Shown one piece after another: positions 8,995-16,182 of a stretch of 32,000 bases of DNA. Position 1 is the stretch's first letter. Every line of letters begins with the position of its first letter. Position numbers and translations under genes: made by a program. Source of the stretch: Kineococcus radiotolerans SRS30216 = ATCC BAA-149 (lineage in GTDB: Bacteria > Actinomycetota > Actinomycetes > Actinomycetales > Kineococcaceae); assembly GCF_000017305.1 (NCBI RefSeq), contig NC_009664.2, positions 180,001 to 212,000 of the forward strand. The letters are read 5' to 3'. The notes under the pieces were generated by a model that was not told the origin of the DNA, ran no database searches, and saw only the letters and a program-made list of their open reading frames with translations.

Positions 8995-9726
8995 GTGCAG
9001 GTCGATGGAGCAGTAGTCGTGATCACCGGTGCCTCCTCGGGCATCGGCGCCGCCACGGCCCGCGCCGCAGCGGGGGCCGGGGCACGGGTCGCCCTCCTCG
9101 CCCGACGTCGAGACCGCATCGACGCACTGGCCCAGGAGCTGGGCTCGGTGGGCGGTGAGGCCCTGGCCGTCCGGTGCGACGTCACCGACCAGGCCCAGGT
9201 CCACGCCGCGCTGCAGCAGGTGGTGAGCACGTTCGGGCGGATCGACGTCGTCGTCAACAACGCCGGGCAAGGCCTGCAGGCCACGGTCGAGCAGGTCGAC
9301 CTCGCCGACGCCCGCGCGGTCTTCGAGCTCAACGTGCTGGCTCCCCTGGCGGTGATGCAGGCGGCGGCACCCCTGCTGCGCGCCACCGGCGGGGGGAGCA
9401 TCGTCAACATCAGCTCCGGCACGACGCTGGCCGCCGCCCCGGGAACGGGCTCCTACGCCGCCTCGAAGGCGGCGCTGGAGAAGCTGTCCGCGATCGCCCG
9501 GGCCGAACTCGCCCCGGACGCCATCACCGTCTCGTGCGTGCTGCCGTTCGCCACCGCCACCGAGTTCATGACCTCCATCCGCGCCGGGCGGGAGGCTGCC
9601 GAGGAGATGACCGCCGGAGCGCAGTTCGATCCTCCGGAGCGGGTGGCCGAAGCCGTCCTCGACATCGTGCGGAGCGGCGCCGAGCAGGTCGACCTGGTGC
9701 CGCGCGCCTACGGCGGCAGCGCCTGA
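8995..9726 (+). CDS. SDR family oxidoreductase
   Basis: GTG at 8995 lies 4-5 nt after AGGAGGA. Motifs TGASSGIG, NNAG and YAASK (YxxxK) are present. Confidence 0.9.
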   Translation: MQVDGAVVVITGASSGIGAATARAAAGAGARVALLARRRDRIDALAQELGSVGGEALAVRCDVTDQAQVHAALQQVVSTFGRIDVVVNNAGQGLQATVEQVDLADARAVFELNVLAPLAVMQAAAPLLRATGGGSIVNISSGTTLAAAPGTGSYAASKAALEKLSAIARAELAPDAITVSCVLPFATATEFMTSIRAGREAAEEMTAGAQFDPPERVAEAVLDIVRSGAEQVDLVPRAYGGSA

Positions 9727-9867
9727 GCGGATCCGCCGACGCGGGGACCTCACGGGCCTCCCCGGGCACGCGCGGTCGTGACGATGTCCGGGTGCGGGTC
9801 GAGCACGAGGACCACCGGCCCGTGCCCGCCCCTGCCGGACTGTCGCCTCGGCGCGGTAGGAACAGCC

Positions 9868-10410
9868 ATGGGCTACCGCAGCATCTCCACCTCCGCGGCC
9901 GACGACGGCCGAGCGCGCACCGGGTCCGGAGCGGAACCCGCACCCCCCGTCGACGGAGGCAGGACGAACGCGACCCCGCACCTCCAGGACCGGCGCCCAC
10001 CCCGCTGGCTCGTCCAGCACCTCGCCAACCCCCTGGTGCGGCGCCTGGCCCCGACCCGGTGGGGCTCACGGCTCCCGGTAGCGGTGCTGACGGTCACCGG
10101 CCGCCGCACCGGCCGGCGCTTCGAGGTCCCCGTCGGCGTGCACGAGGTCGCCGGGCGACGCCTGGTCTTCACCGACGCACCGTGGCGGCTGAACTTCCGC
10201 GGCGGCGCCGCCGCGGAACTCCTCAGCGCGGGGCGGCTGAGCGCGGTGCACGTGCGGCTGGTGGAGGACCCCGCCGAGGTGGGCGCCCTCTTCCGCGCCG
10301 CCTTCGCGGCGGGCACCACCCCGGCGCAGATCGCCCTGGCCATCCCCGCCGGCCACGACCCGAGCGACGAGGAGCTCGCCGCCCAGCGCCACGTCCTGGT
10401 CCTGAGCTGA
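9868..10410 (+). CDS. Split-beta-barrel protein resembling deazaflavin (F420)-dependent nitroreductase/DUF385 family
   Basis: LANPLVRRL...VAVLTVTGRRTGRRFEVPV...WRLNF resembles the Ddn-like family core. ATG at 9868 follows AGGAA. The N-terminal 45 aa look disordered. Confidence 0.55.
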   Translation: MGYRSISTSAADDGRARTGSGAEPAPPVDGGRTNATPHLQDRRPPRWLVQHLANPLVRRLAPTRWGSRLPVAVLTVTGRRTGRRFEVPVGVHEVAGRRLVFTDAPWRLNFRGGAAAELLSAGRLSAVHVRLVEDPAEVGALFRAAFAAGTTPAQIALAIPAGHDPSDEELAAQRHVLVLS

Positions 10411-10611
10411 ACCGCGCTCCGGCGACGACGCACGGCCGTCCCGCACGGCGTCCGGTCGGGCCGGTCCCCAGCGCGGCGTCCGCGGCAGGGAGATCCTCCC
10501 CACCGCCGGGCCGGAACCGCAGGTACTCGTCGCGAGCGCGGGTGACGAGCCTGCCGACGTCGTCCAGCCGGGCCGGCGGTTGGCCCTCCTCACCGGTGAC
10601 GTCTGGTTCCC

Positions 10612-10640
10612 TTGACATCGTGTCCGGTAGCCTTGACACT
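10612..10640 (+). promoter_or_regulatory. Candidate promoter TTGACA-N17-GACACT for a leaderless XRE-regulator mRNA
   Basis: TTGACA (10612-10617) is followed by a 17-nt spacer and GACACT (10635-10640), then 6 nt to GTG 10647. CCTTGACA occurs twice (10610-10617 and 10631-10638). Confidence 0.45.
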
Positions 10641-10646
10641 CCCCTG

Positions 10647-10910
10647 GTGGGCAGATCCTCGGCGCAAGGGCGCAGCAACCGCGTCCGCACCACCCGCACC
10701 GCTCTGGGGATGACGCAGGCCGAACTCGCCGACGCGGTCGAGGTCACGCGCCAGACCGTGGTCGCCGTCGAAGCCGGCAACTACGCCCCCTCGGTGTACC
10801 TCGCCCTCGCCATCGCCCACCGGCTCGGACGCAGCGTCGAGGAACTCTTCGGCCCGGCCGGCGCACCCAGCCGCCCCGACAGCCACCCCGCCACGGAGGT
10901 CCGGACGTGA
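10647..10910 (+). CDS. XRE-family helix-turn-helix transcriptional regulator (short YozG-like type)
   Basis: NRVRTTRTALGMTQAELADAVEVTRQTVVAVEAGNYAPSVYLALAIAHRLG is a classical Cro/C1 HTH. The stop overlaps the next start (GTGA at 10907). Confidence 0.8.
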   Translation: MGRSSAQGRSNRVRTTRTALGMTQAELADAVEVTRQTVVAVEAGNYAPSVYLALAIAHRLGRSVEELFGPAGAPSRPDSHPATEVRT

Positions 10911-11431
10911 ACCAGCACGACGAAGCACTCGAGCAGGACCACGAGCCGCCGCGCGAGCAGGACGGCCCGTTCATGCGCCTGGCCGAAGGCATCGGCGACC
11001 TCGCCAGCCCCTTCTACCGCGAGGAACGCCAGCGCGACGTGTGGAACGAGGCCTCGGCCGTCGGCCTGCAGGTCGCGCTGTGGCTGGGCACCGCAGCCGC
11101 CACCGCCATGGTCTGGATCGGCGGCCGCACGGCCCTGCCCTACGCCCTGACCACCTTCACAGTGACCGGCATCGCCTCGTGGTTCGCCCTGGCGTACGCC
11201 ACCCGCCTGGGGGTCCGCGCCGACGACCCCCGCTGGTTCCAGGCACGGCGCCTGGTGCCGTACGCGGTGCTCGTGCTCGCCTTCCTGGCCGGCGTCGTGC
11301 ACGCCGCTCCGACGGGCGCCGTCGGTTCCGGCTTCGCCGTCGGGGCAACCGGCGGCGGTGCGGTGGCCGTGGTCTGCGCGGTGATCGGCACGGTGCGCGC
11401 ACGTCGACGCTCGATGCGCACCACGGACTGA
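10907..11431 (+). CDS. Integral membrane protein coupled to the XRE regulator
   Basis: There is a 4-nt start/stop overlap with the upstream gene. At least four hydrophobic segments are visible (for example VGLQVALWLGTAAATAMVWIG and LVPYAVLVLAFLAGVV). GC3 is high. Confidence 0.7.
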   Translation: MNQHDEALEQDHEPPREQDGPFMRLAEGIGDLASPFYREERQRDVWNEASAVGLQVALWLGTAAATAMVWIGGRTALPYALTTFTVTGIASWFALAYATRLGVRADDPRWFQARRLVPYAVLVLAFLAGVVHAAPTGAVGSGFAVGATGGGAVAVVCAVIGTVRARRRSMRTTD

Positions 11432-11462
11432 CGACCTCGGCCGGAGGCCGGCGAACCAGCGG

Positions 11463-12200
11463 TCACCGAGGTCCGCGTCGTCGCGGCGCCGAGTCGCGCC
11501 AGGCTCGCCCGCCGGCGAGGGCCAGGCCGACGCCGACCACGGCGGCGAGGGACGGTTTCGGCGACCAGCGCAACGCGGCGAAGGCCACGCCGGGAGGGGC
11601 GTCACGCTGCGGGTCGGACCCCGAACCCCGGACCGGCGTCGCCGGAGCGGGCGTCGTCCCGGCGAAGGCCTCGAGCATCGCGGGGACGAACGCCGCCAGG
11701 TCCTGCGGCCCCCTGCTGGTGGTGAGGTTCCCGTCCCGGACGACCTCCTGGTCCAGCCACGTCGCGCCGGCGTTCACCACGTCGTCCCGGATGCCGGGCC
11801 AGGAGGTGAGGGTCCGCCCCTCCAGGAGCCCCGCTGACGCGAGCACCCACGGGCCGTGGCAGAGGGTGACGACGGGCCGGTTCCCCGCCGCGAAACCGCG
11901 GACGAACTCGCGGGCGGCGGCGGACTGGCGCAGCAGGTCGGGGTTGATGAACCCGCCGGGGAGCAGCAGCCCGTCGTACTCGCCGGGATCGGCCTCGCCG
12001 ACGGTCGTGTCCACGCCGATCCGTCGGGCCGGCAGGTGCAGGTTCATGCCCCGGATGCGTCCGCGTCGCAGGGACACCACGTCGACCGTCGCGCCGGCTC
12101 GCTTCAAGGCCCGCAGCGGCACGAACAGCTCCGCCGCCTCGAAACCGTCCGCCGCCACGACGGCGATCCTGCGGCCCCTGAGGGGGCGCCTGCTGGGCAT
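11463..12200 (-). CDS. DJ-1/PfpI family (type-1 glutamine amidotransferase-like) protein with a C-terminal hydrophobic tail
   Basis: ATG at 12200 follows AAGGGAGAA. RIAVVAADGFEAAELFVP and the nucleophile elbow VVTLCHGPWVL are present. A C-terminal extension contains PSLAAVVGVGLALAGG. Confidence 0.85.
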   Translation of the reverse strand: MPSRRPLRGRRIAVVAADGFEAAELFVPLRALKRAGATVDVVSLRRGRIRGMNLHLPARRIGVDTTVGEADPGEYDGLLLPGGFINPDLLRQSAAAREFVRGFAAGNRPVVTLCHGPWVLASAGLLEGRTLTSWPGIRDDVVNAGATWLDQEVVRDGNLTTSRGPQDLAAFVPAMLEAFAGTTPAPATPVRGSGSDPQRDAPPGVAFAALRWSPKPSLAAVVGVGLALAGGRAWRDSAPRRRGPR

Positions 12201-12381
12201 GCCGTTCTCCCTTGCCTGGAGGCAGCGCGGACTCGATGCCCACACCGTCGACGGCACCACGACCGGTGCCGTGCGCCGTCGGCACCAGGCTGCGGGGACG
12301 AACGGCCCGGCGCAACAGGTGCGACCGCTGATCACGACGGCGTCCGCGGTGCCCCTCGCGGAGGAGGTGCCGGAACCCCCC

Positions 12382-12768
12382 TCACACGGTCAGGCGGCAC
12401 CACACCGTCTTGCCCGGCGCGACCGCAGGGGTTGCCCCGTCCTGACGCCCGTCGGGACGAGGATCGAACTCGACCCCCCACTCGGCGCTGAGCGAATCCA
12501 CGAGGTGCACCCCCCGTCCCCCCTCCGCGCGCGCCTGGACCCGCCGGAGGATCGGGAAGTCCCGGCTGCCGTCGCTGACCGCGACCAGGACGCCCTCCGC
12601 CCCGACGCAGTCGACCGCCAGGGTGACGGGCGCCCCGCCATAGCGCACGGCGTTGGACACCAGTTCCGAGACCAGCAGGCGAGCCCGGTCCAGGCTCGCG
12701 CTGGAGCACGCGTCGCACCAGTGCTCCTCCAGGAACCGCCGCGCCATGCCAGCCGCCGCCGGCTCCAC
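12382..12768 (-). CDS. RsbW/SpoIIAB-like anti-sigma-factor serine kinase (HATPase_c_2)
   Basis: The N-box ELVSNAVRYG and G-box GGRGVHLVDSLSAEWGV are present. GTG 12768 is the first canonical start, but the family-typical first strand is encoded upstream of it (see findings). Confidence 0.7.
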   Translation of the reverse strand: MEPAAAGMARRFLEEHWCDACSSASLDRARLLVSELVSNAVRYGGAPVTLAVDCVGAEGVLVAVSDGSRDFPILRRVQARAEGGRGVHLVDSLSAEWGVEFDPRPDGRQDGATPAVAPGKTVWCRLTV

Positions 12769-13025
12769 GGGCAGGACGATCCGCGACGACGCGGTGACCG
12801 GACAGCCGTGAACGAGGCTGAGGTGGCGCCGGCGGCGGGCGCTGCGACGACCTGTGGAGAACTGCGGGCTGGTGATGATGGACCTTCAGCTCGATGCGGT
12901 CCCCGCCTGCGGAAGGCGCGGCTGTCTCCTCAGCGGAGCTGAGCGAGGCGATCGACGGGTCCGGGCCGGTGCCACCGGCTCCACCATCCCCCATCGGCGT
13001 GGACCCCGCCCGTCGACCACGACCG

Positions 13026-13565
13026 TCAGTCCGCTGGGCACCCTGCGCGAGCCGTCGGGTGCCCACCGGACCCGGGGACGAACACCATCAGCCGGGTCTC
13101 GTGCCCCTCGTCGACGCCGCGTTCCCCGGTCGGCGCGAAACCGGCCCGCCGCCAGGCCCGCACCGCGCGGACGTTGTCCACCGCCGGGTCGACCGTCAGG
13201 TCCCGCCACCCGCGGGCGGTGAGGTCCTCGGCCAGCGCCCGGGCCGCGGCCGGCCCCACCCCTGCGCCCTGCTCGTCGGCGGCGATGAACATGTCCAGAC
13301 CGCACCCGTCGTCCTGCCACGCCTGGATGAGCCCGACCGGTCGCCCGGCCGTCTCGACGACGTAGACGGCCACCTCCGGCAGGCGGTCCCCGGTGTACTT
13401 CTCCACCACCTCCTCCAGCGGGACCGGCGCACCGCCCCACCACCGGTGCACCTCCTCCCGACCCAACCAGGCGGCGATGGTCTCGGCGTCGCTGCGGTGC
13501 GAGCGCCGCAGGCGCAGGCGCAGCGGGGCCTCCACGACCAACTCCGACGGACAGCTCCAGGTCAT
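13026..13565 (-). CDS. GNAT family N-acetyltransferase (Acetyltransf_8/AAC(6')-like architecture)
   Basis: ATG at 13565. EVHRWWGG, the acetyl-CoA loop DEQGAGVGPAAARAL and DPAVDNVRAVRAWRRAGF are present. Confidence 0.8.
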   Translation of the reverse strand: MTWSCPSELVVEAPLRLRLRRSHRSDAETIAAWLGREEVHRWWGGAPVPLEEVVEKYTGDRLPEVAVYVVETAGRPVGLIQAWQDDGCGLDMFIAADEQGAGVGPAAARALAEDLTARGWRDLTVDPAVDNVRAVRAWRRAGFAPTGERGVDEGHETRLMVFVPGSGGHPTARAGCPAD

Positions 13566-13674
13566 GGCCCGACGCTAGGACACCACGGGCGGCTCCACGG
13601 GCGACTCCGCGGTCGTCCCGCGATCCGAACGGGGACCGGTGGGCGGCCGGTCCGTCGGTCGCCGGACACCGCCC

Positions 13675-14190
13675 TCAGTCGACGGCCGCGAACAGCAGGC
13701 TGTCCTCACGCCGTCCGCGGACGAGCAGGTGGGAGCGCAGCAACCCCTCCCGCTGCATCCCGATCTTCTCCAGCACCCGCTGCGAGGCGACGTTGCCCGG
13801 CCGGCACGTCGCCTCCACCCGCACCAGACCCAGATCCGCACGCGCGAAGCGCAACACCCCCGCCGCCGCCTCGGTCGCGTAGCCCCGGCCCCAGTGCGCC
13901 CGGGCCACGACGCAACCCATCACCCCACGCCGGTGCTCGACGCTGGTCACCGTCACCGAGCACGCCCCCACCACGTTCCCCGCGACCGTCACCGCCCACG
14001 TCACCGGTTCGAGTTCCCCGGCAGCGGGGGCCGCGCACACGTCGTCGATGAAGGCCTGCGACTGAGCCGGGGTGTTCGGCCCCCAGTCGGTGTACCGGCA
14101 CACCTCAGGATCACCGGCGTAGGCGTGCACCGCCTCGACGTCGGGGACGAAACCCCTCAGCAGCAGCCGCTCCGTCACCAGTTCCCGCAC
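13675..14190 (-). CDS. GNAT family N-acetyltransferase (RimJ/RimL-like)
   Basis: VRELVTERLLLRGF, HWGRGYATEAA and NVASQRVLEKIGMQREG are present. GTG at 14190 has TACGCT 6 nt upstream. Confidence 0.85.
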   Translation of the reverse strand: MRELVTERLLLRGFVPDVEAVHAYAGDPEVCRYTDWGPNTPAQSQAFIDDVCAAPAAGELEPVTWAVTVAGNVVGACSVTVTSVEHRRGVMGCVVARAHWGRGYATEAAAGVLRFARADLGLVRVEATCRPGNVASQRVLEKIGMQREGLLRSHLLVRGRREDSLLFAAVD

Positions 14191-14196
14191 CCGTCC

Positions 14197-14202
14197 AGCG
14201 TA
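14197..14202 (-). promoter_or_regulatory. -10-like TACGCT for a leaderless GNAT mRNA
   Basis: The plus strand reads agcgta, which is TACGCT on the minus strand. It lies 6 nt from GTG 14190 and there is no SD. Confidence 0.35.
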
Positions 14203-14580
14203 GGAGGGCGCCGCGGCCGGGCGCCCGGCCCTCCCGCGACCCGAGCGCGATCACGACGGCCACCGGATCCCTCGACGGCCGGCCGAGGGGTTCGCCCGGT
14301 GTCCCGCCCAGGTGCCGAGCTGCCCCAGCGGGCGGGCTCGTTCCCCGGCACCGACCGCGACAGCGGCCGAGGAGAACACCGGGAACGCCGCGCTGAACAC
14401 CGGAGGGGGTTCACCGGCGTCGGCGCGGTGGAGACCGACGCTCCAGGACAGCGCCGACACCGCCGCCGACCCCCAGCGCGGTGCACACCGACCCCGCCAC
14501 GGCCAGCGCCACCGCGACCAGGAGGTCGCCGCCACCGCGACGCCGTCCTGGTCGAGGGGGCCGCCGGCCATCACCGTCCC

Positions 14581-14601
14581 GACCGAGCGCGTTGCTCGGT
14601 C
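14581..14601 (-). terminator. Hairpin overlapping the stop codon of the RibD_C-family gene (candidate terminator)
   Basis: GACCGAGC pairs with GCTCGGTC around a 5-nt loop. The hairpin begins inside the TGA at 14600-14602. Confidence 0.4.
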
Positions 14602-15265
14602 AGGACGTCATGTCCCCGGTGCCCGGGACGCCCCCACCCCGGGCGTAGCGCAGGTGCACCACGCCCCGGGGGCTGGCCACCGGCGGCTGCAGCAGCTCCA
14701 GGGTCGCCGGCACGGTTCCCCCCTCGAAGACCTTCTTGCCCGTGCCCAGCACCAACGGGTGCACCCACAGGTCCAGCCGGTCGAACGAACCCTCCCGCAG
14801 CAACGTCTGCACCAGGTTCAGGCTGCCCACGACCTTGACGTCCTCGTGCCGGTCCCGCAGGCCGGCGACGGCCGCCGCCAGCCCGGCCCGGCCGTTCGAC
14901 GACACCCCACCGCCGGAGGACGCGCCACCGTCGGTGCGCAGGTGCACCGAACCGGCCCACGACAGGTCGGGCCGTCCGCGCGAGACCACGTACTTCGGCA
15001 CCCGGTTGAAGAGCGAGGCGATGTCGTCGTCGCGGCCACCTCCCCGGTGCGGCCAGTGGGCGGCGAAGATCTCGTAGGTGCGCCGGCCCAGGAGCAGCGC
15101 GTCCGTACCGCGGTAGGCCTCGGCGACCTGCTGACCGCACACGTCGTCGAGCAGCGGCGCCTGCCAACCGCCGAAGTCGAAACCGACGGGATCCTCCTGC
15201 GGCCCGCCGGGGGCCTGCCCGACCAGGTCGAGGGTGGTGAAGGTCAGGATGTGGATGCGGCCCAC
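14600..15265 (-). CDS. Dihydrofolate reductase family protein (RibD C-terminal domain)
   Basis: GTG at 15265 lies 6 nt after AGGAG. RIHILTFTTLDLV...LLLGRRTYEIFAAHWP...VPKYVVS...LWVHPLVLGTGKKVF is typical of RibD_C. Confidence 0.85.
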   Translation of the reverse strand: MGRIHILTFTTLDLVGQAPGGPQEDPVGFDFGGWQAPLLDDVCGQQVAEAYRGTDALLLGRRTYEIFAAHWPHRGGGRDDDIASLFNRVPKYVVSRGRPDLSWAGSVHLRTDGGASSGGGVSSNGRAGLAAAVAGLRDRHEDVKVVGSLNLVQTLLREGSFDRLDLWVHPLVLGTGKKVFEGGTVPATLELLQPPVASPRGVVHLRYARGGGVPGTGDMTS

Positions 15266-15585
15266 GGGGTGCTCCTGGGGGTAGGTCCGACCGGAGTGCG
15301 TCGCCGGGATGACCCGGGAGAGGCGCAGAACTCATCGCCCCGCGAGGGTGGGCGGCCGCCGGCCGGTGTCAGCGATCCGCCGGCGGGAAGCGCACGGGGC
15401 CCGGCGGCGCAGCAGTCGGTGGACGGACGTCTCGCGGCGGGTCTGCCGAGACGCGTGCGCCCAGCAGGAGGACCCGCCGGTGGAACGGATCGCCTCCTGG
15501 CTGTGCTGTCCATGGAGAGCCCCGTGGCACGTGCGGCGGCGGAGGTGGGGTGGCGCCTGCCCCCGGCTGGGGCACAGTGGGCACC

Positions 15586-15939
15586 ATGACGTCGCGCGAG
15601 GTACCGGCCGACGTCGCGCTCGAGGTGGCGGCGTTCGTGCGGGCGCGCGCCCACGACCCCCTGCCGGCGCGCGCCGGCGCCGAGGACGTCGACCGGCAGC
15701 GGGTGGAGCGCGAGCTGGTGCGCAACCACCGGGAGGCGCTGGACGAGGGCCGGGCGATGACGGCGGACAACCTGGCCTACACCCTGCTGACGGCCGCAGC
15801 CCGTCACCGCGCGCACCGCGACTACCGGGCGGGGTGGGAGGCGTGGACCCCGTTCGGGGACCTGAGCCCGGGCAGCGACGTCGACGGGCCCGCGGCCGCC
15901 TCGCCGCACGACGAGGGCACCGAGCCGTCGGGGACGTGA
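15586..15939 (+). CDS. Hypothetical protein, possibly DUF6221-like
   Basis: GC3 is very high. VAAFVRARAHD..., ...VERELVRNHREAL... and ...HRAHRDYRAGWEAW resemble the actinobacterial/phage DUF6221 pattern as I remember it. CACAGT lies 7 nt upstream of ATG 15586. Confidence 0.5.
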   Translation: MTSREVPADVALEVAAFVRARAHDPLPARAGAEDVDRQRVERELVRNHREALDEGRAMTADNLAYTLLTAAARHRAHRDYRAGWEAWTPFGDLSPGSDVDGPAAASPHDEGTEPSGT

Positions 15940-15970
15940 CCCGCGGGGCCGCGACGCGACCACGGTGCCC

Positions 15971-16018
15971 GCGACGGCGGGCCGGTGGGACGGCGGGCAG
16001 GTGGGACGGCGGGCAGGT
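15971..16018 (+). repeat. Tandem direct repeat of the 16-nt unit GGTGGGACGGCGGGCA
   Basis: There are two perfect copies (15984-15999 and 16000-16015), a degenerate copy before them and a partial one after. The following 16019-16037 is roughly complementary (CCCGTCGCCCCGTCCAC) and could form a hairpin after the stop at 15939. Confidence 0.6.
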
Positions 16019-16182
16019 CGCCCGTCGCCCCGTCCACGACCCCGGGTGGTGCGGCTGCCCGGCCCCGGTTCACGATCGGCCTGCGCACCGACACCCGCGA
16101 GGGAGGGGATCAGCGATGATGGGGCGCCCACCCGGACAGCTGGCACGACGCCAGAGGATCACCTGGCGTCAGGAGAGACCGC

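Noticed and set aside
7333-10020. 895-aa ORF on the minus strand
   Set aside because: Its frame does not match the real minus-strand TetR gene, and it lies antisense to the hypothetical gene and the SDR gene. The sequence is low-complexity and Arg/Gly/Pro-rich with no motifs.
12332-13066. 244-aa minus-strand ORF overlapping the RsbW-like gene
   Set aside because: Most of it is Arg/Gly/Pro-rich wrong-frame sequence over the kinase gene. Only a short upstream piece (DRIELKV...) is suggestive, and that is reported under the RsbW finding rather than as a gene.
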